DNA of 64,000 nucleotides from an uncultured Oscillospiraceae bacterium (lineage in GTDB: Bacteria > Bacillota > Clostridia > Oscillospirales > Oscillospiraceae), in NCBI GenBank assembly GCA_900754965.1, contig CAAEEO010000004.1:9912-73911 (forward strand), written 5' to 3'. Numbering within the stretch: the stretch's first letter is position 1; each line of letters opens with the position of its first letter. This document shows, piece after piece, positions 24,354 to 33,208 of this stretch. Made by a program: the position numbers and the translations under genes. The notes under the pieces were generated by a model, which was given only the letters and a program-made list of their open reading frames with translations, was not told the origin of the DNA and searched no databases.

Positions 24354-24931
24354 GGAAATTGCATCTGGATGTGCGTCCCAGTGGCCTTCTGCTGCTGTCG
24401 CTGCTCTATTTTTTCAGCGATGGGCAGACGCTGGCGGCGCTGTTGGGAAGCATTCTGCTCCATGAATGGGGGCACATGGCAGTGCTGCGGGTATGTGGTG
24501 CCCGTGTGCGGGAAATCCGGGTGGATATTACAGGCCTTTGTATGGATTACAGCGGCGTGTATCTGACCCGCTGGCAGGAATTTTGCGCGGCGGCAGCCGG
24601 GCCGCTGTTTGGCGCACTGGGAGCCTGGGCGGCCTCTTTTTGGGGAAACTTCTTTGGAAACCGATTCCTGCTGCTGTTTGCGGGGGCCAGTCTGGTGCTG
24701 ACGGTGTTCAATCTGCTGCCCATTCAGCCGTTGGATGGGTGGCGGATGCTCCGGTCGGTTTGCGGCCCTGTGGCAGATGGGGTGAGCTTGGCCGGCGGTG
24801 TCTTTCTGCTTTGGATGGGGCTGTGGTGTCTCCGGGCTGGGTATGGCGCAGGCCTTGGTGTGATGGCAGTGATCCTGCTGATGCAAGATGCACCATCGCT
24901 GCCGCGGCGGAGACGGGCGGGATATTCCTGA
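24350..24931 (+). CDS. M50 family site-2 protease (SpoIVFB-like, short form without a CBS domain)
   Basis: HEWGHM (HExxH) in a TM segment and NLLPIQPLDGWRM. 193 aa, polytopic. Confidence 0.85.
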   Translation: MRKLHLDVRPSGLLLLSLLYFFSDGQTLAALLGSILLHEWGHMAVLRVCGARVREIRVDITGLCMDYSGVYLTRWQEFCAAAAGPLFGALGAWAASFWGNFFGNRFLLLFAGASLVLTVFNLLPIQPLDGWRMLRSVCGPVADGVSLAGGVFLLWMGLWCLRAGYGAGLGVMAVILLMQDAPSLPRRRRAGYS

Positions 24932-24974
24932 TGACCGGAAAATACAGAATTTCTATTTCAGGCACAGGCCGCAC

Positions 24975-25003
24975 TTGCCAAAATCCACTGCTCGTTGTAA
25001 AAT
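24975..25003 (+). promoter_or_regulatory. Putative promoter of the radical SAM operon
   Basis: TTGCCA, 17 nt, TAAAAT. Confidence 0.5.
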
Positions 25004-25048
25004 AGTTGCATCCACCCGGCCAAGCCGGGTAAATTTATGGAGTGAACT

Positions 25049-26884
25049 ATGGATAAACGACTGGAGCGTATCCTCCCACGGGTACAGAAACCTGCCCGGT
25101 ATACCGGCGGGGAATTCAATCAGATCATCAAAGATAAAGGGGAAGTGGATCTGCGGATGGCATTCTGCTTTCCGGATATTTATGAGATTGGCATGTCCAA
25201 CATCGGAATGCGGATTCTTTATGGCGTAATCAACCAGATGCCCGGCGTGTGGTGCGAGCGGGTATTCGCCCCCTGGGGGGATATGCGGGAAGAAATGCGG
25301 AAGGAAGGCATTCCGCTGTATGCCCTGGAGAGCGGCGATCCGGTGAAGGATTTCGATGTTCTGGGCTTTTCCATCGGCTATGAAATGGCATATACCACCG
25401 TTTTGGATATGTTGGATCTGGCCGGACTGCCGGTGCGCAGTGCGGAGCGGCCGGATCTGGTGCCTTTGGTATTTGCCGGCGGCACCAGCTGCGTCAACCC
25501 GGAACCCATGGCAGAGTTTATGGACTTGATGGTCATCGGTGAAGGGGAAGAGGTGGACTGTGAAGTTCTGGAACTGTTCCGAAAGGCACGGCAGGAAGGC
25601 TGGAGCAAGGGAAAGTTCCTGGCAGCTGCCGCGCAGATCGAGGGTGTCTATGTGCCCAGCCTGTATCAGCCTTCTTATCACGAAGACGGTACCATGGCCG
25701 GGGTGACGGTGCTGGAGGGCGCTCCGGAACGGGTGCGGAAACGGATCATTGAGGATATGGACAGTGTCTATTTCCCCACAAATCCCATCGTACCCTCTAC
25801 GGAGATCGTCCACGACCGGGTGAATGTGGAGCTGTTCCGCGGATGTATTCGTGGCTGCCGGTTCTGCCAGGCGGGATATGTGTACCGTCCGGTGCGTGCC
25901 AAGCGGCCGGAGACTGTGGCCCGGCAGGGCATCGAACTGCTGCAGAACACGGGATACCAGGAGGCGACGCTGATGAGCCTGTCTTCCAGTGATTACCGGG
26001 GACTGTCTGAAACTTGCGATGCCATGCTGGAATGGTGTGAGCCGCGTTCCTGCTCGCTGTCCCTGCCCTCCCTTCGGGCAGACAACTTCTCGATGGACAT
26101 TATGCAGCGATTGCAGAAGGTGCGCAAAGGTGGATTGACCTTTGCCCCGGAGGCGGGGAGCCAGCGGCTGCGGGACGCCATCAATAAAAATGTCAAAGAG
26201 GAAGACCTGCTCAATTCCTGCCGCATTGCCTTTGAAGGGGGCTGGAACGGCGTGAAACTCTATTTCATGCTGGGCCTGCCCACGGAAACGGATGAGGATG
26301 TGGTGGGAATCTCTGAAATCGCCAACCAGGTGCTGCACACTTGGCGGGAATATTCCACGAAGAAAAACCGGGGGGTGCGGATTACCGTGAGTACCTCCAT
26401 GTTCATCCCCAAACCGCATTCTCCTTTCCAGTGGGAGGCACAGGTGCCAATCCAGGAGTATATGCGGAAAGTGGATCTGCTGCGGGACTCCATCAAAGCC
26501 CGGAATGTGACCTATAACTGGCACGATGCCAAAACCAGTTTGGTGGAGGCAGTACTGTCCCGGGGCGACCGGAGAGTGGGCGATGCCATTGAAAAGGCCT
26601 GGCGCATGGGCAGCGGTCTGGATGCCTGGGGCGAATACTTCGATTTTGACCGTTGGATGCAGGCCTTTGCAGACTGCGGTCTGGACCCGGACTTCTATGC
26701 CTGCCGGGAGCGGAGCAAAGATGAAGTGCTGCCCTGGGATGTGATCGATGTGGGCGTGCGGAAAGAGCATTTGTGGCATGAGCGGGAAATGGCCTATCAG
26801 TCAGCCCTCTCTCCTGATTGCCGGAAACAGTGCACCGGCTGCGGCGCCTCCAAACTGCTGAAGGAGGGCGTGTGTGATGCTTAA
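25049..26884 (+). CDS. B12-binding-domain radical SAM protein (TIGR03960-like)
   Basis: Radical SAM cysteine motif CIRGCRFCQAG. 611 aa. Followed by its usual DUF2344 partner. Confidence 0.85.
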   Translation: MDKRLERILPRVQKPARYTGGEFNQIIKDKGEVDLRMAFCFPDIYEIGMSNIGMRILYGVINQMPGVWCERVFAPWGDMREEMRKEGIPLYALESGDPVKDFDVLGFSIGYEMAYTTVLDMLDLAGLPVRSAERPDLVPLVFAGGTSCVNPEPMAEFMDLMVIGEGEEVDCEVLELFRKARQEGWSKGKFLAAAAQIEGVYVPSLYQPSYHEDGTMAGVTVLEGAPERVRKRIIEDMDSVYFPTNPIVPSTEIVHDRVNVELFRGCIRGCRFCQAGYVYRPVRAKRPETVARQGIELLQNTGYQEATLMSLSSSDYRGLSETCDAMLEWCEPRSCSLSLPSLRADNFSMDIMQRLQKVRKGGLTFAPEAGSQRLRDAINKNVKEEDLLNSCRIAFEGGWNGVKLYFMLGLPTETDEDVVGISEIANQVLHTWREYSTKKNRGVRITVSTSMFIPKPHSPFQWEAQVPIQEYMRKVDLLRDSIKARNVTYNWHDAKTSLVEAVLSRGDRRVGDAIEKAWRMGSGLDAWGEYFDFDRWMQAFADCGLDPDFYACRERSKDEVLPWDVIDVGVRKEHLWHEREMAYQSALSPDCRKQCTGCGASKLLKEGVCDA

Positions 26885-27539
26885 ACTGCGGATGCGATTT
26901 GAAAAAACCGGGCGGGCAGTGTATATCTCTCACCTGGATTTGATGCACACCTTGCAGCGGGGATTTCTCCGCGCCGGATACCGGCTGAAATATTCCGAGG
27001 GGTTCAATCCCCATCCTCAAATCTCCATTGCCCTGCCTTTGTCTGTGGGCTGCTCCAGTGTGTGCGAGCTGTTGGACTTTGCGCTGCTGGAGGAAAGCCT
27101 TGATTTGACAAAACTTCGGGAAGACCTGAACCGGTCCTTGCCGGAAGGGGTACGGGCGCTTGAAATTTACGAACCGGGCCGCAAGGCCAGCGGCATCAAA
27201 TGGCTGCGGGTGCGGGGCGTCTATGAGTACGATGATGGCCATGGGGCACAGCGGCTGCCTGCTCTGCGGGAATTTTATGGAGCCGAGCAGATCCCGGTTT
27301 TGCGCCGCACCAAGCGGGGAGAAGGAATCCTGGATATTGCGCCTCATGTGCGGGAACTGACTCTGGCGGAGGAAACAGGCGATGTGACATTGGAGGCCGT
27401 GATCAGCGTCAATGAGCCGACCATCAACCCGGATTTGTTGGCTGCGGCGCTGCGCCAGTTGGCACCGGAACTGGTTCCGGATTTTGTGAAGTTCACCCGG
27501 CTGGAAATCTATGATGAAAAAATGGAAATTTTCCGGTAA
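26874..27539 (+). CDS. Radical SAM-associated DUF2344 (TIGR03936-like) protein
   Basis: N-terminal RMRFEKTGRAVYISHLDLMHTLQRGFLRAGY...SEGFNPHP. Overlaps the upstream radical SAM gene. Confidence 0.8.
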   Translation: MMLKLRMRFEKTGRAVYISHLDLMHTLQRGFLRAGYRLKYSEGFNPHPQISIALPLSVGCSSVCELLDFALLEESLDLTKLREDLNRSLPEGVRALEIYEPGRKASGIKWLRVRGVYEYDDGHGAQRLPALREFYGAEQIPVLRRTKRGEGILDIAPHVRELTLAEETGDVTLEAVISVNEPTINPDLLAAALRQLAPELVPDFVKFTRLEIYDEKMEIFR

Positions 27540-27554
27540 AATCAGAAAATTCTC

Positions 27555-27583
27555 TTGCAATTCATAGGACGGTATGATAGAAT
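27555..27583 (+). promoter_or_regulatory. rplS promoter
   Basis: TTGCAA, 17 nt, TAGAAT, with a TGn extended -10 (TGATAGAAT). Confidence 0.6.
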
Positions 27584-27589
27584 ACTCTG

Positions 27590-27675
27590 GCTTATGCGGG
27601 GAAAACCCGTAATCACGCACGGTCCTCTGCCGGGAATCTTTCGGCACGAACGCGCCAGAAAAGGAAGGTATCAAA
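27590..27675 (+). promoter_or_regulatory. Possible ribosomal protein L19 leader
   Basis: About 85-nt GC-rich 5' UTR between the promoter and rplS. L19 leaders are known in Firmicutes, but I could not verify the fold by eye. Confidence 0.3.
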
Positions 27676-28017
27676 ATGGATCTGATCCAGACACTCAACG
27701 AAAAGTACATGAAGCCTGAACTGCCTGAGATGAATGTGGGCGACACCGTTCGCGTCACTCTGCGCGTCAAGGAAGGCAACCGCGAGCGTAATCAGGCGTT
27801 CGACGGCACCATCATCGCCAAAAAGCATGGCGGTATCCAGGAGACCATCACTGTCCGCCGCATTTCTTACGGCGTTGGCTGTGAGAAGGTGTTCCCCGTG
27901 CATTCTCCCTCCATCGTTTCTGTGGAGACCACTCGCCGCGGCAAAGTCCGCAGAGCAAAGCTGTACTACCTGCGCGACCGCGTGGGCAAGGCTGCCAAGG
28001 TCAAAGAGAGACTGTAA
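27676..28017 (+). CDS. rplS: 50S ribosomal protein L19
   Basis: 113 aa. [48 protein letters not shown]. Confidence 0.97.
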   Translation: MDLIQTLNEKYMKPELPEMNVGDTVRVTLRVKEGNRERNQAFDGTIIAKKHGGIQETITVRRISYGVGCEKVFPVHSPSIVSVETTRRGKVRRAKLYYLRDRVGKAAKVKERL

Positions 28018-28150
28018 TTCAACGAAAAGATCAGGTGTACGCTCCGTTTCGGGGTGTACGCCTGATTTTTTTCGTTGCCATTCCAGTATGGGTTGGTGTA
28101 TAATAACAAAATATGTATTGTTTACAGAATGAAATGTGAGGTGTTCGCTC

Positions 28151-28705
28151 ATGAATGAGCAGACCAAAAAAGAAAAAACAGATTTGAGAACAGATGCCTA
28201 CGACTGGATTCAAAGCATTGTGTATGTGATTGTTTTGTGCGTCCTGGTATTTGTGTTTGTGGGCCGGATTGTTACAGTGGATGGCCGTTCCATGTTCCCC
28301 ACGTTGGAACACGGGGAGAAACTGATTGTCAGCAATCTGTCCAAACATTATGAAGTTGGGGATATCGTGGTGTTTGATGCGCCGAATTTCGACTATGCCT
28401 CCGGTCCCCTGGTAAAACGGGTGATTGCCACGGAAAATCAGGTGGTGGAGATTGACTTTTCCACCGGCACAGTGATGGTGGACGGCGTGGTGATCGACGA
28501 GCCGTATATTGCAGAGCCGACCCTGGACCCCCAGGATTATGACGGCCCCATTACCGTTCCGGAAGGGTATGTGTTCTGCATGGGAGATAACCGCAATCAT
28601 TCCACGGACAGCCGGACGGACGATATCGGCTGCGTGGACACCCGGGAGATTTTGGGCAAGGCTTATTTTGTCCTGTTCCCGCTGAAATCATTTGGAGCAT
28701 TGTGA
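28151..28705 (+). CDS. lepB: Signal peptidase I
   Basis: Ser box DGRSMFPTL, Lys box KRVIA, GDNRNHSTDSR. ATG 28151 lies 7 nt after GTGAGGTG. The track start at 28136 is a GTG inside that RBS. Confidence 0.92.
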   Translation: MNEQTKKEKTDLRTDAYDWIQSIVYVIVLCVLVFVFVGRIVTVDGRSMFPTLEHGEKLIVSNLSKHYEVGDIVVFDAPNFDYASGPLVKRVIATENQVVEIDFSTGTVMVDGVVIDEPYIAEPTLDPQDYDGPITVPEGYVFCMGDNRNHSTDSRTDDIGCVDTREILGKAYFVLFPLKSFGAL

Positions 28706-28713
28706 GGAACGGT

Positions 28714-29586
28714 ATGAGCGGATACGAAAAAATCAACATCCAGTGGTTCCCCGGTCACATGACCAAGGCGGAACGGATGATGGAAGAGAATATGAAACTG
28801 GTGGACGGTGTGTGTGAGATCATTGATGCTCGCATCCCCGTTGCCAGTCGGAACCCGGATATTGACCGGCTTGCCGCCGGAAAGCCCCGGCTTGTGGTGC
28901 TGAACCGGGCAGACCAGGCCGATCCGGAGGCAACCAAGCGTTGGCGTGCATATTTCAAAGCCCAGGGCCTGACTGTTCTGGAAACGGACAGCAAGACCGG
29001 AAAAGGCGTCAATCAATTTGCCGGTGCTGTGCGTTCGGCACTGCAGGAAAAGCGGGCGGAATACGCTGCAAAGGGGCAGGCTGGCAGGCCGCTGCGGCTG
29101 ATGGTGGTAGGCATCCCCAATGTGGGCAAGAGTACCTTCATCAATAAAGTTGCCCGTCGGAAAGCGGCGGTGGCTGGGGATAAACCGGGGGTGACCCGGG
29201 GCAAGCAGTGGATTCACATTGACGATACCCTGGAACTGCTGGATACGCCGGGAATTCTGTGGCCCAAGTTTGAGGATGAAACCGTGGGACAGCTGTTGGC
29301 CATTACCGGGGCTGTGAAAGATGACATTCTGGATCGGGAAACACTGGCGGCCAATTTCCTGGTGCGCCTGCGGGACCACTACCCCATGGTCATTGAAAAT
29401 CGGTATAAATTTGTGCCGGACCCGGAGGCCATCGGCTATGAGCTGTTGGAAACCGCGGCCAGAAAACGTGGATTTCTGATTTCCGGCGGTGAACTGGATA
29501 CGGAGCGGATGGCTGCTATTTTGCTGGACGAATACCGCGGCGGAAAACTGGGGCGGCTGACCCTGGAACTGCCTCCGGAGGACTGA
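28714..29586 (+). CDS. rbgA: Ribosome biogenesis GTPase YlqF/RbgA
   Basis: IQWFPGHMTKA, circularly permuted GTPase motifs NRAD and GIPNVGKST. Confidence 0.92.
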   Translation: MSGYEKINIQWFPGHMTKAERMMEENMKLVDGVCEIIDARIPVASRNPDIDRLAAGKPRLVVLNRADQADPEATKRWRAYFKAQGLTVLETDSKTGKGVNQFAGAVRSALQEKRAEYAAKGQAGRPLRLMVVGIPNVGKSTFINKVARRKAAVAGDKPGVTRGKQWIHIDDTLELLDTPGILWPKFEDETVGQLLAITGAVKDDILDRETLAANFLVRLRDHYPMVIENRYKFVPDPEAIGYELLETAARKRGFLISGGELDTERMAAILLDEYRGGKLGRLTLELPPED

Positions 29587-29587
29587 G

Positions 29588-30184
29588 ATGGATCTTTGGG
29601 AATTGGAAGGACAGCTCTATGACTCCGGCTTGACCTGCCTGTGCGGCGTGGACGAGGCGGGGAGAGGTTCGCTGGCCGGGCCGGTATGTGCTGCGGCCTG
29701 TATCCTGCCCCGCGGCCTGGAACTGGAAGGGCTGAATGATTCCAAAAAACTGACGGAAAAGCGGCGGGAGAAACTGTTCGAACAAATCACGGCTCAGGCA
29801 GTCAGCTACGGTATCGCCTTTGCCGAGGTAGAGGAGATCGAGGAACTGAATATTCTGGGCGCCACTTATCTGGCCATGAATCGCGCCATTGAAAAACTGT
29901 CGGTCAAACCGGAATTGGCGCTGATTGATGGGAATCGGAACACGGGCATCACTGTGCCAAGCCGCACGGTGATCCATGGTGACGGCTTGTGTGCGGACAT
30001 TGCGGCAGCGTCCATTTTGGCGAAAGTGACCCGAGACCGGTACATGGTAGAGTTGGCAGCGCAGTACCCGCAGTATGGATTTGACCGCCATAAGGGATAT
30101 GGCACACAGGCACATTACGCAGCCATTCGGGAATTTGGGCCGACTCCCGTTCACCGTCCCTCCTTTCTGCGGAAAATGCACTGA
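29588..30184 (+). CDS. rnhB: Ribonuclease HII
   Basis: GVDEAGRGSLAGPV, DSKKL, and the C-terminal HKGYGT motif. Confidence 0.95.
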   Translation: MDLWELEGQLYDSGLTCLCGVDEAGRGSLAGPVCAAACILPRGLELEGLNDSKKLTEKRREKLFEQITAQAVSYGIAFAEVEEIEELNILGATYLAMNRAIEKLSVKPELALIDGNRNTGITVPSRTVIHGDGLCADIAAASILAKVTRDRYMVELAAQYPQYGFDRHKGYGTQAHYAAIREFGPTPVHRPSFLRKMH

Positions 30185-30185
30185 T

Positions 30186-30536
30186 ATGGATTTTAGAAAA
30201 CTCATCGGCAGCGAGGGGGAGAGCCTGGCTGCCCGTTATTTGAAACGGCAGGGGTACACGATCGTGGGCCAAAATTTTTCCTGCCGATACGGGGAAATTG
30301 ATGTAATCGCCCGCCGGGGTGCCTATATCGTTTTCGTTGAGGTCAAAACGCGGAAAAATGATGCTTTTGCCCAGCCGCGGGAGTTCGTGACCCCGGCAAA
30401 ACAGGAGCGGATTCGTAAAACGGCGCTGCTCTGGCTGCAGCAAAATGACCTGGATCTGCAGCCCCGGTTCGATGTGATCGAAATTCTGGGCGAAGGGAAA
30501 CACCCGGAAATCCGGCATTTGGAAAATGCGTTTTAA
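30186..30536 (+). CDS. yraN: YraN-family (UPF0102) endonuclease
   Basis: GESLAARYLKRQGYTIVGQNFSCRYGEIDVIA...VFVEVKTR. ATG at 30186 comes right after the rnhB stop. Confidence 0.9.
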   Translation: MDFRKLIGSEGESLAARYLKRQGYTIVGQNFSCRYGEIDVIARRGAYIVFVEVKTRKNDAFAQPREFVTPAKQERIRKTALLWLQQNDLDLQPRFDVIEILGEGKHPEIRHLENAF

Positions 30537-30565
30537 ATTTGGAATATAAAAAAGGGGAATGTGCC

Positions 30566-32047
30566 ATGATGTATACAAGCACCAGAGACAGCAGTAAACA
30601 TGTCAGTGCGGCCCGGGCCATTGCATCCGGTTTGGCGCCGGACGGCGGCCTGTTTGTGCCCGAACAGATTCCCGGCGTGGATCGTGTCGCGCTGGAACAG
30701 CTGTGCGGCCTGGACTACCAGGGACGAGCCGTGGCCATTATGGAGCGGTTTCTGGAAGATTTTTCCCGGGAAGAGCTGACCCGTTTCGTGTCGGCAGCCT
30801 ATGGGGACAATTTTGATGACCGGGCCATTGCTCCGGTTCGATTCCTGGGGGAAGATACCGGGGTCCTGGAGCTGTATCACGGTCCCACCTGTGCGTTCAA
30901 GGATATGGCGCTGCAGATGCTGCCCCATTTGCTGACGGCCTCCCTGCAAAAATGCGGGGAAGAGCGGAAAGTCTGCATTCTGGTGGCTACCTCCGGAGAT
31001 ACCGGCAAAGCGGCGCTGGAGGGTTTTGCAGATGTGGACCGGACGAAGATCCTGGTATTTTACCCCCGGGATGGCGTTTCTGATGTGCAGAAACTTCAGA
31101 TGACTTCTCAGCGGGGAGAAAATGTGGGCGTTTGCGCCGTGGCGGGTAATTTTGACGATGCCCAGACCGGCGTCAAGCAGATTTTCGGCAATGAAACGCT
31201 GGCGGCCGCGCTGTCTGAACGGGGTTGGTTCCTGTCCTCTGCAAACTCCATCAACTGGGGGCGCCTGCTGCCTCAGGTGGTGTATTATTTCTCTGCCTAC
31301 TGCGACTGTGTGAATGCAGGAAAAATTCAGTTGGGTGATCCGCTGCACTTTGTAGTGCCTACCGGAAACTTCGGAGATATCCTTGCCGGATGGTATGCCG
31401 GGCAAATGGGTCTGCCGGTGGGGAAACTGATCTGCGCTTCCAATGCCAACAATGTGCTGACTGATTTTATCCGTACCGGAACCTATGACCGGAACAGAGC
31501 CTTCCATACCACCACGTCCCCCTCCATGGATATTCTGGTTTCCAGCAACCTGGAACGGCTGCTGTACTGCCTGTCCGGCGACGCGTCCCTGGTGGCAGGG
31601 TATATGCAGCAGCTCAAGGAGCAGGGGAACTATACGGTGACTCCGGAGATCCGGAAAGCAGTTGCAGAGCAGTTCTGGGCCGGATGCTGCGATGATGCGG
31701 GAACGGCGCGGACGATCCGGGAGGTCTATGAGCAGGATGGCTACCTGATGGATACCCATACCGCTGTGGCCTGGGATGTACTGCGGCAGTACCGCAGTGA
31801 AACGGGGGATCTGGCCCCCGCCGTGGTGCTGTCCACGGCCAGTCCGTTCAAATTCAGCGACAGTGTGCTGGCGGCTCTGGGCGAACCCAGTGATGCGCCG
31901 GGCACGGTGCTGTTGGAGCGGCTTGCAGAAAAGACCGGTGTGCCGGCACCGGCGCCTTTGGCGGCACTGGACCGCCGGACCGTGCGTTTCACCGAGTGTG
32001 TGGAAAAAGAAGAGATGCTGCGTCAGGTGGATGCTTTTTTGAAGTGA
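30566..32047 (+). CDS. thrC: Threonine synthase
   Basis: MYTSTRD N-terminus and PLP-lysine context HGPTCAFKDMALQ. About 493 aa. Start ATGATG follows AAAAGGGGAA. Confidence 0.92.
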   Translation: MMYTSTRDSSKHVSAARAIASGLAPDGGLFVPEQIPGVDRVALEQLCGLDYQGRAVAIMERFLEDFSREELTRFVSAAYGDNFDDRAIAPVRFLGEDTGVLELYHGPTCAFKDMALQMLPHLLTASLQKCGEERKVCILVATSGDTGKAALEGFADVDRTKILVFYPRDGVSDVQKLQMTSQRGENVGVCAVAGNFDDAQTGVKQIFGNETLAAALSERGWFLSSANSINWGRLLPQVVYYFSAYCDCVNAGKIQLGDPLHFVVPTGNFGDILAGWYAGQMGLPVGKLICASNANNVLTDFIRTGTYDRNRAFHTTTSPSMDILVSSNLERLLYCLSGDASLVAGYMQQLKEQGNYTVTPEIRKAVAEQFWAGCCDDAGTARTIREVYEQDGYLMDTHTAVAWDVLRQYRSETGDLAPAVVLSTASPFKFSDSVLAALGEPSDAPGTVLLERLAEKTGVPAPAPLAALDRRTVRFTECVEKEEMLRQVDAFLK

Positions 32048-32099
32048 CACCTGCATCATGACAGGATATGTAGGGGCGGGGAACCGCCCCTGCCCAGGG

Positions 32100-32282
32100 T
32101 CAGTCGCAGATGCAGTTGCCCTTGCTCCGGAAGGTGGAGCAGTAGGTCTCGGTCTGTGTGGTGGCCCGCTTGTTTTCTACGGAGATGGATTTTGCGGTGC
32201 ATTTGCAGCCGTCCTGGTTGTAGGTGCAGTTGGTCACATCGCAGCCGATGACCTGATTGCAATTCTGTTTGGAAGTAGACAT
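32100..32282 (-). CDS. DUF1540 cysteine-rich small protein
   Basis: 60 aa. Two C-x-V-x-x-C-x-Y/H-like repeats (GCDVTNCTYNQDGCKCTA, TYCSTF). Confidence 0.75.
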   Translation of the reverse strand: MSTSKQNCNQVIGCDVTNCTYNQDGCKCTAKSISVENKRATTQTETYCSTFRSKGNCICD

Positions 32283-32382
32283 GATTGAACACTCCTGTCA
32301 TTTTTTTGAAGGTCTCATGGAAAACAGAAGAGACCTGTGAGAATAATTTACCCGGGATGACCGGAAATATGCGAGGGATGGA

Positions 32383-33075
32383 ATGGCGTTGTATGCAATC
32401 GGCGACCTGCACTTGTCCATTGGAACGGGAAAGTCCATGGAAGTATTCGGCGGGCGCTGGAATAACTATATGGAAAAACTGAAAGCGGGATTTGCCTGCG
32501 TGCAGCCGGAAGATACCGTGGTGCTGTGCGGTGATCTGGCCTGGGGAATGACCCTGGAACAGGCCCGGGAGGAATTTGCCTGGATCAACGACCTTCCGGG
32601 AAAAAAGATCCTTTTGAAAGGAAACCATGACTATTGGTGGACGACGGTGTCCAAGGCGAAAGCGGCCTTTCAGGAGTACGGATTTCATGACATGGAGATC
32701 CTGCACAACAACTGCCATTTTTATGGAGAGGATATTGCCATCTGCGGCACCAGAGGATGGTTTTTTGAAGAGGAAAAGGGCGATGCCCATGATAAAAAGG
32801 TGATGCACCGGGAGATCATGCGTCTGGAAACGTCCCTGAAAGCGGCGGGAGACCGAAAAAAATATGTGTTCCTGCACTATCCGCCCAAATACCAGAATTA
32901 TGAATGTCCGGAGATCCTGGAGTTGTTTCGGCAGTATGAGGTCCCTCTTTGCGTGTATGGACATATCCACGACAAAGGCTGTGCCTATGCCTTTACCGGG
33001 ACCCACGAAAACACCCGGTATCAGCTGGTTTCTGCGGACCATGTCTGGTTTATCCCACAGAAAATTGTGGACTGA
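32383..33075 (+). CDS. Metallophosphoesterase family protein
   Basis: Motifs IGDLHLS, GDLAWG, GNHDYWW and HYPP. Confidence 0.85.
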   Translation: MALYAIGDLHLSIGTGKSMEVFGGRWNNYMEKLKAGFACVQPEDTVVLCGDLAWGMTLEQAREEFAWINDLPGKKILLKGNHDYWWTTVSKAKAAFQEYGFHDMEILHNNCHFYGEDIAICGTRGWFFEEEKGDAHDKKVMHREIMRLETSLKAAGDRKKYVFLHYPPKYQNYECPEILELFRQYEVPLCVYGHIHDKGCAYAFTGTHENTRYQLVSADHVWFIPQKIVD

Positions 33076-33098
33076 TTGTAAAAACATCGAAATTTTCA

Positions 33099-33126
33099 TT
33101 GATTTTACCAAATGGTGTGATATAAT
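33099..33126 (+). promoter_or_regulatory. tig promoter
   Basis: TTGATT, 16 nt, TATAAT, with a TGn extension. Confidence 0.6.
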
Positions 33127-33208
33127 ATCATGGCTGTAAACTTGTTTACGGCTGATTACGTGTGTGATTTTGCCCAAGGCAAACAGATACATAGGAGGAG
33201 TCAACCCC

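Noticed and set aside
24953-26779. 608-aa ORF on the minus strand opposite the radical SAM gene
   Set aside because: It is antisense to a gene with clear motifs. Its composition is His/Pro/Gly/Arg-rich low complexity, typical of shadow ORFs in GC-rich DNA, and it has no RBS or recognisable domain.
30533-32059. 508-aa minus-strand ORF opposite thrC. Similar long antisense ORFs lie at 33146-34564, 35181-36440, 43361-45067, 45009-46328, 48929-50350, 38370-39452 and 39335-40540.
   Set aside because: Each lies exactly opposite a well-supported housekeeping gene (thrC, tig, clpX, dacB/rluB, rpiR/flavoprotein, ispH-rpsA, lon/engB, M50). All have Arg/His/Pro-rich unnatural composition, so they are shadow ORFs.
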